The notes beneath the pieces were generated by a model. That model was not told the DNA's origin. It did no database searches and was given only the letters and a program-made list of their open reading frames with translations. Positions 12,651 to 27,391 of a stretch of DNA of 64,000 bases are shown here, piece after piece. The first letter of the stretch is position 1, and each line of letters starts with the position of its first letter. The stretch comes from the human T2T-CHM13v2.0 reference genome, Homo sapiens. The stretch lies in the NCBI RefSeq assembly GCF_009914755.1, contig NC_060937.1, one strand, 5' to 3'. The position numbers and the translations under genes are program-made.

Positions 12651-13854
12651 GCCGCCACCACCATCATCATCATCAGAGTCCATAAACCACTAAGGATTGA
12701 AATGCACAGAGGCGGCTCCACCATTAGCTGAATTTGGTAGCTGCCCAGGGCCTTCCCAACAGCAAGGGCCTCTTTTCAGACCACAAAATATATCACTTTC
12801 CTGACTGAGATAGGAATTCAAGATGCTTGATTGGTTGATAGGAACATGTGCCCATCTCACTCACATATGTGGGATTTATATACATTATTCTAGAAGATGC
12901 CACAAATTACTTTCAAGTGGCTCACCAAAAAACTATACAGATTATATTACATATATACTCATACATATATGTATACGTATATAGATAATATGTGTGCATA
13001 TGTAGATTTTTAAAATAAGACAACTTCATCTAAGTGGTGGGTCTAGGGGTGTTGTTCTTTAACACTTTCGGATGTTTGAAAGTTTTATAATAAACATTGG
13101 AGAAAAGCGCACATATTTTCAGCCATTTTTAGGGGATAGTTTTGGGGGCCTTTCCCCAGTGGAGGCCACTGAATAAACATTGCCAGATTTTTATTTAGAA
13201 TATATAAAAGCTATCATCTGCTAGGTAAAACATAAGACACACACAGTGTCTCTGTCCTCCTAAAGTAGGTATCTAAGTTGTACTCTTTTCCTTTTTTTTG
13301 TTTTTGTTTTTTTCTTTGAAACCACCTTTGTAAAATAAAATTGTACTTTTAATGTGCATTAGTGACCAGGAATCTACCCGTCCAACCCCAAAGCCAGTTC
13401 AGTTAGCAGGGACTCAGTAATGCTCTGAGGATGCATCTGCAGGTGTTTGTTTATGGCAGAACTTGACGACTAGATTTTAGAAGGTGATGGGACCCATTAT
13501 GAGCCATGGAGACTGATGACTTACCAGTAACAACACTGCAAGTTTATAGCAATTGTAAAAATGTCTGTAAGTCAGAATGGAAGTGGCAAGGGCAGGAAGC
13601 TTGAGTATTATCATCCTGAAAGACAAGGCCACCTTCTTGGGAAGGGGGCCTGCCTCCTGCATAGCCACGTTCCTTGGCCTCTGCTCATACAGAGCCCTCC
13701 ACCATGCACCACTGCCCTCATAGTGACACTCAGGAATAAGAAAAGTCCTGCCACAGCATCTGCTACTGTAGTTAATCCTTATGGCAGTTGTTGTCATCAA
13801 CACAGACCTGTAATCTTTAGGTCAGGAGGAATTTATGTCATGCCTAAATTTAAC

Positions 13855-14030
13855 CAGTTGTCCATTCAGCCAATTTATAGAGTGCCTGCTCTGTGCCAGG
13901 ATCTGTGAGCTCAGAATACATCAGTAAACAACACAGACAGAAGTCCCTGCCCTAGTGAAATTATATTCTAGCAGGGGCAGGCAGATAATAAACAATAGCT
14001 GTAATAAAAATTATGTAGTGTATTAGGAGA
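13855..14030 (-). mobile_element. L2 3'-end fragment
   Basis: cattcagccaatttatagagtgcctgctctgtgccagg...gtccctgccctagtgaaattatattctag. Confidence 0.7.
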
Positions 14031-17000
14031 GCCGATGGGGGAAATGGGTTCAACCTGCTTTTTAAAACTTGTAATAGGCTGATTCTGTTTCTCAAATCAC
14101 TGTTTACTAAACCTCCAAAGCATAAGAATTTTTGGTTACTTGAATCAAGCCATTATTGTCCTCACACATGCTAAGATTCACTAGTAATCCAAACCAAAAA
14201 CTTCTGGAAGCATGTAGATAAACCCTCCTGTGGAAGAAATGACCACATTTGTTTTCAAATATATTCCCTTGTGTTTACATAATATATATTATACAAAATA
14301 TATAGGATTTTGAATTTTTTAAATGTATGTCATTTTAGTTTGATCCTAGTATATTGCTTATCTGAAATACTTGTAGGAAATTGCAAATAGATTTTTCTAG
14401 ACCTCAAAAGAGAAGAATAACTTCCTGAAATTGAGAAGCAAAGAAAATGCCTAGAACTGCAGGGTTGAAGTCAAAAGCTAAATCTTTAGGCTATGGCTAT
14501 CTGCTCATTTCCTATAAATTTCCAAGAAATTAGGTTTTATAGGTTTCTTGTCACATAGGTTTCATGTAAATAAGATTTTTTTTTTTCTAAAAGTGTTCTC
14601 CTTTTCTGATTCATTTCCAACAATGCAAATGAGAAATGTAATCTAGCTGTTTTAAGAGAACCAGCTACTACTGAACCACCTAAGCGATGCTCTGAGTATA
14701 AGGGTTAAGCTGCCCTTCTACTAATATTCAGCACCGGTCAGCTCCAGATTGTGGCCAACTGAAGTGTTGCCTTTTCAGTACTCCTTTACTGAGAGCCTCC
14801 TACCCCATTCACACAGAAGTGCCGTGTTAGAATAACCCAGTCCCGCCTCCCTAGCTGTAGTCGGTGTGTCAAGACTATCTGTGCACCAGATGTCACGAGG
14901 CATTGGGGATTGGAATTGGGAAAGAAAAGTTGGCTCTTCCATGTAAAGCTTGGGGAGTGGTCAGAAGCTGTGTTTTCCACCAGGGAGAGAAAGCCATCCT
15001 GCCTTGAGTGAGAGGAAGGGTGCTGACCTGCAGAGAGAAGGCCAGAGAAGAGAAGGAACAGGACTTGTTGTGTCTGAACCCTTAGCTCCACTTATCCTGT
15101 AGCCCAGCTGCATTCCTGCAGTTGTGGACATCTCCCCAGTTCATTCAATCTCTTTTCTTAATAGCATGAGTTGGGTTTCTGTCCTTGACAAACGAAAGAG
15201 TAAAACAGTCTTAGGAGACAAATTCAGTTCTGACATCTTTCCTTTGAAAGGGCAATGGAAAGGAGTAATGAGAACGGCTGAAGAAATAACAGGACCAAGG
15301 AGGAAGTTTCCAGAACTTGGTCATTATTGAGTGAAGAAATAATTTTATAAACTCTCTTAATGTCATATTTAAAAAAACAAAAACAAAAAGCGTCTTTTAT
15401 CTCCTTTTCACTAGAGGAAATGGATGAAAGTCAAAACCCAACCCACACTGTTAAGAAGAGGGGGAATCCAGTTGGCTTAGCTCAGTCTTTTAGTTGCTTT
15501 TCATTAGGTCAGGTGTCTACCCCAGCTCAGTCACTTAGGTGGCAGGATCAGGGTCCTGTAGCATGAACAGGTGCAACTGGGACCTCAGGAGGAGGCCTGT
15601 GCATGGTCACAAGAGGACACCACGTTGTAGGGCCCAGATGTCAATAAAGGAAATTGCTTTCCAAGATCCACTTAAGTCTAATGGTGTGGATCACCAAGTT
15701 ATGAGCACCTTTAGTGGCTTTCTTTCCTAAACCTGCTTCTCTCTTCAGTTGCCTGGCTGGTTTGGGGTTGCTCCTTTAGTATCACGCTCAAGTGGGACAT
15801 TTTAGACAGCTGGGGCTTCCAGGTTCAACCAGCTCCTCTCTTCCATTAACTCAGGAACACCAAGTTATCAGAGGGCTACAGAGGCAGCAAAGCCTCAAGA
15901 GAGATGCACAATCCAACTGAATAAGATGTAAGTAACTTAGGAGAAACAAACACATGCAGAGCCAATGAAGCCATGATGGAAGTTAGCCACAATCTGAGTA
16001 AAGTGCAGAGAGGATGGGCCATGTGCACAGCTCTTTTCAGTTCTGAATCCCTGTTACAGAAACCACAAAAGAGGCTGCTGTGTGTCCCTCCTTGTTGGGA
16101 CACCCCCTGGCTAGAATTGCTGTCTGTGTGCAACCTCAGTCAGCTAGAAAAGCAACACCAAACTGTTGGAAATGATGTAATTACCTGCTTAATGGACACT
16201 TAATCCCAGAAAAATTTAGAATAGAAATAATACAGTAAAAATACATGATATTAACATTTTTTGTGGTAGCTGAGAAACAATTTGGTCATGTTTGGTATTT
16301 TAAGAATTTGTTGTGTTTTACAGAATTTGACCTATTAAGACAAGAGGTCAACCTTGTGATTCCAATGTAAAATGTAGTTTAGAATTGATTTAGATTTGTA
16401 CTTTTAAGTTGAGGAATATGAGAGCAAAGTTTTAGTAAATTTGTAACATTGAAACAGTTAAGAGGATCTAATTGTCACCATGTTTATATGTTGAATTGAT
16501 TAGATTTACAAGAGTTACTTAAGTACTTTAAAGATTTTGTTTATGAATAAGACCACTGAACTACTTAAAAAGAAAATCAATACATTAAATGTATAAATGA
16601 AGTTTAAGATGTTAAAGGAAATTAAGCTACAAAGCCCTTTTAAAAATAATTGTTAATTGTTAACATTTGCTAGACTTATTAATAGAATAAGATTTGTGAG
16701 TTGAACTCAGTCAATTTAAGGGAAAATTGAGCTTGAAATTGGTAACTTTAATTAATTGCATGTTAATTTTTAAAAGTATTTTTTGGATTTTTTTCTGTAC
16801 CCAAAAGCAGATCAGAAAACCTACCTTGATATTCCAGAATTTTATCTGATTATGTAAACCCCCACCCTAGGTAACTAATGGAGGGTTAGTTTAATCCCAG
16901 CCAGGACGACTTTACGTACAGCCAGAATCCCAGGACTCAACTACTATCCTGGGTGAGTTTAGAATCAGTGAGACAGTTCTGGGGGCCAGTTCTCACCCAC

Positions 17001-18486
17001 AGTGTTCCTGGAGATGTCCTGTTTACTCTGGGTTCTTCCAGATCCTGCGGACATGGGGTTCTGGCCTGTCTCTCTGAAGGCCCTTTACAACTCCAGGGTG
17101 GGCCCAGCCTGAATCAGAGACCCCAGACCCAGATCATCCTGTAGCCTTAAGGGTCCCCAGCAGGTTAAGAGGCTGGTACTTTTTCAGGCAAATAGCCCAC
17201 TGACTACATACGAGGTTGCTGCCATATCTGAAAATGCAAACTTGAGATAACTCATTATTTACAATGTACTTGCATCCCATCTTGTCTCTTAGTTAATTGA
17301 CATATTCTTTGAACATCTATAAAGTTGTCCTGTCTTTAGGTCCTTTTGTTTCTGCATTTGTGTCTTAAATACTATGCACTTCAAAGATGGGATTTTTTTT
17401 TAAATTTATAATGTTCTTATTTGCTTTTTACCACTCAAGAAAGCCCACGCAGAATTCTGGCCAGGAGAGCACCTAAGGACTGCTGCTTTGCAGATAATAG
17501 AATAGCCATAGTGAATTCTTGACCTGTTCTTGGCATGAATCTTCTAACCCTTGAAACTTTTGAGGTGCTGTCCTAAATTCTATTTGCTGAGAAGAGGCAT
17601 TGTTAGTACAAGGCTAATCTCAACAATCAACATTTTCCCCCCTTAGGCAGATTTATGGAAAAGATTAGATCTATAGTTACTGTTTAGAATCTACAATGGC
17701 CATGACGTCCATGTATTCTGAGGAAGGCTGGATGGACCGTTTGTTCAGCCTGAGTCTTTGTCCTGTGGGCGGTTAGTTGATCTCTTCTGATGTAGGCAGC
17801 CTGTGTTTTTGGCATAAGCATTACAAATATATTCAATAGTTCTCTGTTTTAAGTGAGCTAACAGATAATACTGCAAGAACAAACTTATGTAAGCCATAGA
17901 AATGGGTGGAACTGATGAGGATTCAAGGCTAAAAAGCAAGTTTTGTTATTTAAACAGATCTGCAGATAAGAACAAAATTAAAATTTATTGAGAGGGAAAT
18001 GTGGCAGTGGAAATTCATTCTCTGGAATTTCCATTATCCATATCATTTTCCAGACAGAGGTTAATTGAAAGGACAAGTTCAACATACTTTAGCCAAGATA
18101 ATTGTATACAAAGAGGGGGAAATGTGAATGCTAAAGGAATTAACATAGTAGGGATAAGACAAAAGGGACAGAACGCTCCTGTGTGCTGGCGCCGCCTCTC
18201 CCGCTAGCTTTCTCACTGCACATTATACAGGGCACAGTTTTTCTAGGTCTCCATTTTTACAGCTTTCCAGAATCACAGATTTTTGGAGCTGGGAGGTTGC
18301 AAGAGTTTAGTTCACATAGAGTAAAAAAAGGCATTTTTTAAGTTTTGAAGAGTATATAGTCATGAAAATGTAAAGTCATTCAGAATAAAATAATTTCAGT
18401 AGCCATAAAAATAGATGAGGGCCCCTGAACAAGAGAAGTAAAGCCAGCTAGGCAGAAGGGAAAAATCAGAAAGTTGGCCCTTGTCC

Positions 18487-18632
18487 GGCTGCACATTAAT
18501 TCAAATCACCTGAGGAGCTTTTCAACTGATGCCTGGGACCCACCCCGGAGATTCTGTTTCAGTTGCTCTGGAATGGTTTTTTTTTAAAGCTTCCTGGGTG
18601 ATTCTTATGTGCAACCAGGATTGCAAAGTACC
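18487..18632. mobile_element. MER5A1-type DNA transposon
   Basis: ggctgcacatta...aatcacctgaggagcttt...cccaccccggagattctg...aaagcttcctgggtgattcttatgtgcaaccagg. Confidence 0.75.
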
Positions 18633-19468
18633 GGCCCACGTAATACAATAAATTCTGCTCTCATTTCTGTTCCTCTTGGCATGATTTCATGACAATCTCA
18701 GTCTTGAGGACGCTGCCAGTATCTTTCCTGGCAAATACGTGTGTTCACTGATTCTAATGACGGTGTGGGTGGCCAGAGTGGAGGATGGTTAGGTGGGGAC
18801 TATGATGCCCAGCTGCAGTCTGGGCAGTAATATAACCTCGCCAAGTCCAGTGGAAGGTTTTGAGGGTGTTGAGGAGACCTGACTCACTGGTGTTACCACA
18901 GTTTAGGCGTGGATCCTTTTCTGATATGGTCAGCTAGCTCAGCCTTGCAGTAGCACTGCTTTTGAGTTTTCGTAATCCATTTTTATTATGTCAAGTAGTC
19001 GGGGCTCACTTTTCTCTGAATTAGTGATTGGAGTCTAGGCCAAAAAGCAAGAATAGTGATAAGTATCTCACACTTAAAGTTCAGAGAAGCTCTAGCTGTG
19101 AGACCAGCCACTTCCCTCTTCAAGGCAGGCTGGGTGGCCCAGTTCAGCAAAACCAGAATATCCTTTTCCCCCTATCTTCTTACAAGGAAGTTGGGGGCAC
19201 AGGAGGTCAGTAGGTTGGCTTTGGGGGCACACCTCCCCTCTGCTCCCTACCAAATCAAGAGTCCCCAAACCACACTCCCCTCCTGCCCGCACTGATTGTC
19301 TCTTGTCTTTATCATTCTGAGACACTGAATGGCCAAGACTTGATGCTGCAGGCCTGGGCCCTAAGAAAGGAGCAGGAGGGAGATGGCCGGGCTAAATGGG
19401 AAACAGTGTCTATGCCTAGATGAGAGAGTGGAAAAATTGGTTTAGAAGTTTGTACAGAAAGCAATTGA

Positions 19469-19535
19469 CAGGAGTCGACAAATTAAAGACCACAGGCCAA
19501 ATCTGGCCTGCCACCTATTTTTGTAAATAAAGCCT

Positions 19536-19538
<3 letters not shown>
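19469..19538. mobile_element. MER58-type terminal fragment
   Basis: caggagtcgacaaa...ggccaaatctggcctgccacctatttttgtaaataaag. Confidence 0.65.

Positions 19539-19566
<28 letters not shown>
19539..19566. repeat. (AC)n microsatellite
   Basis: About 14 AC units read directly. Confidence 0.95.
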
Positions 19567-19648
19567 CAGTTGAACCACCAGATCAGCTACCTCTTCCCCT
19601 TCCCATCAGAAGGCCAAAGCTTACTCTCTGGAAAGATGGACCAGGGAC

Positions 19649-19726
19649 CTAGACCACAGGACACCAAGCACAGTCAAGGTAGGAGTGCTAGACCGCAGGA
19701 CGCCAAGCACAGTCAAGGTGGGAGTG
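19649..19726. repeat. 39-bp tandem duplication
   Basis: ctagaccacaggacaccaagcacagtcaaggtaggagtg / ctagaccgcaggacgccaagcacagtcaaggtgggagtg, 36/39 identical. Confidence 0.9.
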
Positions 19727-20133
19727 CCATACTGGGCCCAGGAGGAAGAAGTGCAATCTGTGTTACACTTCTGGGACTGCCAGGTTCCTAACACCTGCCC
19801 AGGCAGGAGGCTGAGGGAGTCCCCTCTCGGGAGAACTGGGAGGCTAGTGGCTGCCAAATCAGACAGCACAGATATTGAACATTTACATCATTGCACAGAG
19901 TTCTATAGACAGCACTGCTCTAAGAAATGACACTTGGATAAGGGTAAAACCTCTTTTTTTCCCCCATTATAAGCTTTGTAGAACTAATGTGTACTTTGTT
20001 TTTAAAACTCTGTTTACATATCAGTTTATAAAAATAAAAATTTAATTCAAAAAATGATAGGGAGGCATTCCCGCAGAACTTAGACCCCCAGGTTTATGCA
20101 AGGGCATTATATTTTCATAATACAAAAGTTTAG

Positions 20134-20356
20134 CAGCAACTCTCACCTGGGGGCACTTGGCATCTCTCCTCCACCAGGGGACATTTGGCAATGTCCTGAG
20201 GCATTTTTGGTTGTCACAACGGGGAGGTAGCCAGGGTGCTATTGGTATCTAGTGGATAGAGGTCAGGGATGCGGTTAAACATCCTCACAGGACAGCTCTC
20301 CCAACAAGGAGCTATCTAGCCGAAAATGTCAATTGTGCTGAGCTAGAGAAAACTGA
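20134..20356 (+). mobile_element. MER20 hAT-Charlie element
   Basis: ccaggggacatttggcaatgtc...ttttggttgtcacaac...tctagtggatagaggtcagggatgc...aaaatgtcaattgtgctgag. Confidence 0.85.
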
Positions 20357-20415
20357 GATTAAACTGAATCTCCAAGATTCCAGTCAGGCTCGCAGATAGA
20401 TATGCATGCATGTAC

Positions 20416-20543
20416 TTTTTCTTTTAATGAGACAGGGGCTTGCTATGTTGCCCAGGCCGGTCTCAAACTCCTGAGCTTAAGCGATCCTTCCACCTCAGCC
20501 TCCTGAGTAGCTGGGACTACAGGCGTGTAACATTGCGTTGGCT
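20416..20543 (-). mobile_element. FLAM (free left Alu monomer)
   Basis: About 130-bp antisense monomer gagacaggggcttgctatgttgcccagg...gctgggactacaggcgtg. Confidence 0.75.
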
Positions 20544-21222
20544 TAATTTTTTTTTAACTTGAATCCTTCAGGCTAGAATGCAGTAATTAGCTAAAGTTCA
20601 GTCCCACAAGCTAGCATTATACCCTCAGTGCAATAGAAAATTACATTGGAGAATTGAAGAAATTATCTGGATAATTCAAAAACAAAATACTCTATCTCTT
20701 GTTGTTCAAATAAAGTAAGAATGAGATTTTTAACCTAAGTTATTGTTAATTGTTTCTGTCAGCTCCTCCTGGTCATTGAACTATGTCACGGGATATTTCT
20801 CTTTGGAAATTTCTTAAAATCAATGATACTTAATGAAACTCTGATGATCCTTTGTTAATATAAAAATCAGTTCTGTCTACTCCTGTGTTTTACAGCCAAT
20901 GGGCAGGGTAATTCACAAATTACACCAAAAATAAATATTCGGGGAAAGATGCAGAACTTATACAAAGAGAAAGCTTGCACCTGGGCATGATATTCTTTCA
21001 AGTTTTACAGATTCTATCATTAGATTTGTTGGCGCTAGCTCCGGGTCCTCAGCTGTCACTTTGATTTTCTCTGTTGTTCCTCCTTAAGTGAATAGCTTTT
21101 TAATATACATCAGATCAATATCCATGTTGTTTCCTAGAACTTCTAGGTGCCCAGCCCTTTTCTGTTTATTAATAGTATCTCCTAGGATCCTTGCCACATT
21201 TTCACAAGAGTCACTACTGATA

Positions 21223-21448
21223 CAGGTTGACTATCCCTTCTCTGAAATGCTTGGGATCAGAAGTGATTAAGATTTCAGATTTTTTTGGATTTTGGAATAT
21301 TTGCATTATACTTATCACTTGAGCATTGGAAATCCACAATCCAAAATGCTTCAGTGAGCATTCCTTTGAGCATCATGTCAGCACTCAAAAGGTTTCAGAT
21401 TTTGAAGCATTTTGGATTTCAGATTTGGGATTAGGAATACTCAACCTG
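21223..21448. mobile_element. Tigger4a (Zombi)-type MITE, complete
   Basis: TIRs caggttgactatcc...ggaatactcaacctg flanked by TA target duplications at 21221-21222 and 21449-21450. Confidence 0.85.
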
Positions 21449-22049
21449 TATTAAACAAAGCTGGTCCCTGAGGCAACTACTCAGATATTTTTTTATTTGA
21501 AAAGTTGCTCTTTATCATTAGATGTTGCTACTGCTTTTCCCAAAAATATCAGAGTCCTCATAACTTTTTTCTGTTAAAATCAAATAATATTTATTGGTAT
21601 TTATGATTTATGATATATAGGCATATATCATAACTTACACACATATAAGTACCTTAAAATTACCTTAAGTTATTTTAGAAGATATGTATTTGTATCTCAC
21701 ATGTATTTTTGTATTTATTCATTCAGGAATATATTGAGTGCTTGCTATGTACAAAACTGAACATTTGTTTAAACACATAATTGCAGGATCAGATGTCAAG
21801 CAACCCAATTTCTAAAAGCCTCACAGAACTAAGTGAAGATTTAACAATTAACCCAGTTCCTCTAAATATATCAATATCTCCTATTTGTTGGAGTAATTTG
21901 TAAGCTCAAGTACAACTGAGAATGATAGGGACCTAAAGAATCGTGGCTTAATCAAGAGTGGCTTATTTTCTGTCCTCCCTGTGGTCATCCACAGTACTCA
22001 GGAATCCTGGTTCACAATGGCTACTGGATGCAGTAGCAAAAAGTTTTTA

Positions 22050-22369
<320 letters not shown>

Positions 22370-22389
22370 CCAGAGTACAGTAAGTACCA

Positions 22390-22880
22390 GCCTTAAAGAA
22401 AAAAAGATAAATGACTTTAAAAAGAACTTCTGTTCATCAAAAGATACCAATAAGAGAACAAAAAGGTAAGCCACAAACTGGCTGATGATATTTTTTGCAA
22501 TGCATATATCTAAGAAAGGTGTTAAATCCAGAGTATGCATAAAAAGCAGGCATGTCTCTAAAAGCAATGCCTAAATAGCCCATAAACATCTCATAAGATG
22601 CTCAATATCATCACTCATCAGGGAAATGCAAATTAACAACATGATGAAATGCCATTACCCACCAGAATGGCTAAAATTAAAAAGAATTACAATGCCAAAT
22701 GCTGGTGAGGACGTGGAGCAACTGGAATACTTATAAATTCCTGGTAGAATTATGTATCGACGCAACCAATTTGGAAACTGACAGTATCTACTAAAGCCGC
22801 AAACATGCTCATGCTGTGGCCCAGCATTTCCACTCCTGGGAATATACCCAAGAGAAATGAGTGCATGTTGTTCACCAAAT
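22390..22880 (+). mobile_element. Old L1 (L1M) ORF2 3' fragment
   Basis: aacttctgttcatcaaaaga, catcagggaaatgcaaatt, ccaccagaatggctaaaatt, cagcatttccactcctggg. Confidence 0.8.
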
Positions 22881-23977
22881 GAGGGGAAGTGGCCAAATGA
22901 GGCTTCACAGCAGCACCTTGAATTTTGTCTCCGAAGATGGCAGGTATTCTCTAAGTGCACAGACACTGGGAGCACCATGTAAAGTCATGGAGATACAAAC
23001 GAGCATGAGGTGTTTGGGAGCATGGTAGTTGTAAACTGCTGGCGCACATGAGTTAGGATTCTAGAAAGACACAAGGCTCAAGGGGTAGGCCGGGTCTTGT
23101 AGAGCTTGCCAAGGAGTGAGTTTTGCCAAGGAGCTTGTTCAGGTTTGACTTTCAGAGAGATCACTCAAGAGGTATGCGGGGTGAAGCTAGGGAGGCTAAG
23201 TAACTCTTGGCAGGAAGCCACAGGGGGTGCTAATTATCACTTTGCTGCCATTTTACCAATTTGGGGGAATAAGTACTTTTACCCTGAATTATACTACCTG
23301 CCATTCTATGCAGAGAATGGAATTGGTATGTTGCTATAACTGATGATTTTCCAGAAAGCCTTACACTTCCATAATAGCGACAGGAAGAGAAGGTAGACAG
23401 ATGACAATCCAGCAAGCATTTGCTCAACCGCCATCCTGTCTAGCTCAGCATCTCTTTGACAACTTTCAAACTTTCTACCAAAAACATCACTGATTTTACA
23501 AAACGTGTACGGGCTTTGTCCATTCTTAGGGTGAACTTTGCCCTTTCCATCCAAATCCTCTTCCTGTACTGACCATTCCAGAAAGACAACACAGGCTTTG
23601 CCCATGGCCAGCATCCTTAGTGAGTGTGTGAAAACCACCCAAAGGAAAGGGAAAGGAAAAGCAAAACATGGTATTTTTCTTTAGAGCAAGACTCTGATTT
23701 CTCAATGTGAACCCGTTGCCCAATTTTCTTGAGACAGCCCCAAATTTGTATTAGTCCCTGTGTTAAAATGGCCATCACGGGCTCATTACACAGCAGACAT
23801 TGTCACACTGCTCATGTTTCTGCCAAGGAAAACACAAGAGGAAATGATCTTACTGGGAAAGAGGAGGTGTGAGGCTGAGGGTAAAGTCCCTGACCATGAA
23901 CAAATCATGAGACTCTGCCAGGGCTCCTGGGGGAGGGGCAGAATCACCTTTACTAGCGATTTAAGAAGAAAAGATTC

Positions 23978-24475
23978 TTACCAAAAAGATAGCTGCACTC
24001 GTATGTTTATCACAGCACTGTCCACAGTAGCAAAGATATGGAATCAACCTAAGTGTCCATCAAGTGGATGACTGGAAAAAAAAATGCGGTATATATAGCA
24101 TGGAATACTCCTTAACTATAAAAAGGAATGAAATCACATCTTTTACAGCCACATGGTTAGAATTGGAGGTCATTATCTTAAATGAAATAACTCAGAAACA
24201 GAAAGTCAAATACCACATGTTCTCATTTAGAAGTGAGACCTAAACAATGGGTACACATGGACATGCAGAGTGGAATAAGAGACACTGGAGCCTCCACAGG
24301 GTGGGAGGGTGGGAGGGTGACCAGGGGTGAGGGCTGAAAATTACCTATTGGGTGCGCTGTTCACTATTTGGGTGATGGGTACACTAAAAGCCCAGACCTC
24401 ATCACTATGCAGTATCTGCACATAAGAAATCTGCACTTGTACTCCCTAAATCTATAAAAAGTAAAAAATTAAAGA
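23978..24475 (+). mobile_element. L1PB-type 3' end
   Basis: gcaaagatatggaatcaacctaagtgtccatca...aaaagcccagacctcatcactatgc...aatctgcacttgtac; G-rich tract at 24299-24333. Confidence 0.85.
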
Positions 24476-24484
24476 GAAAGAATT

Positions 24485-24771
24485 GGCCGGGCATGGTGGC
24501 TCACGCCTGTAATCCCAGCACTTTGGGAGGCCGAGGCGGGTGGACCACGAGGTCAGAAGATTGAGACCATCCTGGCTAACATGGTGAAACCTTGTCTCTA
24601 CTAAAAATACAAAAAATTAGCCGGGTGTGGTGGCACGTGCCTGTGGTCCCAGCTACTCAGGAGGCTGAGGCAGAAGAATCACTTGAACCCAGCAGGCAGA
24701 GGATGCAGTGGGCTGAGATCGCGCCACTGCACTCCATCCTGGCGACAGAGCGAGACTCTGTCTCAAAAAAA
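24485..24771 (+). mobile_element. AluS (Sc-like) inserted in the L1 tail
   Basis: Full-length Alu; cacgaggtca...gagaccatcctggc. Confidence 0.92.
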
Positions 24772-27391
24772 GAGAGAAAGGATTCTATCCATGTGCCAGG
24801 GTATGAGCCTCTTGACACCCAGATCCTTGAAAAAGATGCTTTGCCTCAGTGGTCCGCCGCAGACCCCTTCGCTTCCCCAGTTGCAAACTGTACTCAAAGG
24901 TGCAGGGAAAACTTTTGGATCAGTTACTGAATTCCAATTTTTTGGTGACTTTAGGGACATAGCCAAATTTCCCGGGCTGGTTGCCTTAAGCACATTAATT
25001 TATGTGATGCTATTCTGTTCCTTAGATAAAGTTCCTTAAATAGAAAGAAGGGAGCTTCTGGATTCCAGGGAGGCAGCTAGCCTGCACTGCTTCAAAGAGA
25101 AAGAAAGGAACGAGTACATCGCTGCTGTCACTTGGAGCAGCTCAGGAGGGCAGCCTCCAAGAGCTGAAAGCCAGGGGGAGGCTTCCATGCGAGGAGGATT
25201 CAGGTTCCTGTTTCACTCTAAAAAGGTCCACTGAGGAGGAGTCTCTGGAAACATCTAAAGTAACTCCCTCCCAGCCTCTAGTGTTTCTGGTCAGCAGACA
25301 AGCACACAAGGGAGGCCAGAGATGGAACCACCACCAGGGGAACAGCACATAAAGGAGCTCCAACCTTCACAGGTGCGGGTTGTCTTTAAATCCAACAAGA
25401 CCCCACTTTTAGAAACTGACCCCTCTGCCACTGGACAGAGCCAGAGAATACCACCAGATCCGCCCATATGCAAGCCCTGCAGTCACATCAGCTCCAGGCC
25501 TCAGGAGCGATGTGGAGGCTCCTCAAGCACCTGCCTCCTGCTGCCACCCAGGATTTCCTGCCATTATTCACAATGCCATATCAGCCTCAAATTCCGCCCA
25601 CCCAGCAGGCAGCTCCACTGTGCACGTGGGCACCCTCCAGTGAAAAAGACCGGGTACCATCTCTCTTCAAAGCAGCAGAATGTAGGGTTTGTCTGGATTC
25701 CTACCTTCGTCATGTGGTAAAAATAAGAGAATACAGGTAGATTTCTGTTAAACAAGCACAGTCGTGAAAATCTCTGCAAAACTACACAGTGTTCATCCTC
25801 CATCAGTTGTGCTTGATTTTAAGCCAAATTGAACAGTGCCCTATTCCCTGACACTGGGAACATTTAGACGTCCCCTGGCATTCCTTGCATGGGAACCTTG
25901 ACCTTCTGCTCCTCATAAAGCAACCACAAAGGCTTCCTTTTTCAGGCAGATTCGGACTGCAAAATTTTTCACCAAGTGCATGTTCTCAAATAAGACTTTG
26001 AAGACAGAAGTTACAAGGTGATGCATACTTATCAAGAAAGAAAATGACATTAGGGCACCCAAAGGAATTGGCCTTTGGAAAAAATAAGATAGACATTTGA
26101 ATTAATAAACATTGTCCCCCTCCCCCGGAAACAACCTCTGTACCCAAGGACTTCTTTCTCTAATAGCCTCATTTTATTTTCTCTTGACTTATTTTCTCTT
26201 TTATTCAGCCAATTCAAATGATTAAGAAAATTGGTTTGTTTCCCCAGCAGCCACCCAGCTGTGACACCTCTTAGGCACATCTGAGCCTTTTGGGGCTGCT
26301 CCTTACCCCATCCCAAAGGGGTGACTCTCCATTCCTGCTGGATGCCGAGAGCCCTTGTAGTAAACCCCAGTCAGAACCCTTTTCTTATTGCAGGGATTTG
26401 TAAATCAGGTACTATTAATATATACTAAGTCAAGCCAGACCGACTGCCCCCAAACCCATTATTTAATTGAAACCTTGGATGCATAGTAAGGTTGGCCTTG
26501 GGTTCTGGCCTGTATGCTTGGACACAGACCAGAGAGAGAATCTGAGAGAAGCAGACCCTGGTGCAAATGCGCATTGGAAGAGAGGTCTCCAGTTCTGCAC
26601 AACAGAAACGGGTTACTGGTGAGCTGCAGTGAGGGCCAGGGAGGGCTGCTGGACCAGGAGGATAGGCTGGGATATGACAGGGCAAAGCTGCTCATCCAAC
26701 CCCTGCAGGATCCGCAGGATCAGTCAGCAGGCGGCAGCTCCCTTTCCTGTACACAGTTCCTGAAAGGTAACGTATATAGAGGAATCAGTAGTTACTAGCA
26801 ACAAGTAGATAAATGCTAACCCCGATAGCCCCTCACTCATGGAGGATTTACTGTCTGGAACCATGGACCACCCCACCCTAAGACTGTGTCCTGGCTATCA
26901 TGCATATACTAGAATCACACCCCATGTGGATCTGGTCTGAAATTGTCTCTGCATAGCCCATCCTGATCACTTCTGTCCTCTCATCAGTAACATTTACAAA
27001 CAGTGTCTATCAGGTGAGCACACTGTGATTCTTTGGTTGGAAGGAAAGAAACCCTGCAAGCATTCTTTTTGCATTTTGTGATAATTCTTATCTCCGTTAT
27101 CCTGCTCAGCCAGGCCCATGTTCTTTTTGCCAGTTTGTTGAGCGCAATGGGCATGTGTGCTTTAAAAAGTATTCTGTATTGTGATAAGGAGCTGAATCTC
27201 CTCCTAGCCTCGGAGATGGCTCCTCAGACTGAAAACTCTTTCTGGTGCTCCTCAAAGCTCTGCTACCTCTGTCTTTGCTCTAGAGATTGCAGAACTGGTA
27301 ATGCTGGTAATGCTTTATTGCCATGACATTGCCAGGAGTTTCCAATGATTGGTAACTGTGTTTCCTGATGCATTTAACAATTCCCATCCTG

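Noticed and set aside
24299-24333. G-quadruplex-like tract
   Set aside because: Standard G-rich segment of the L1 3'UTR.
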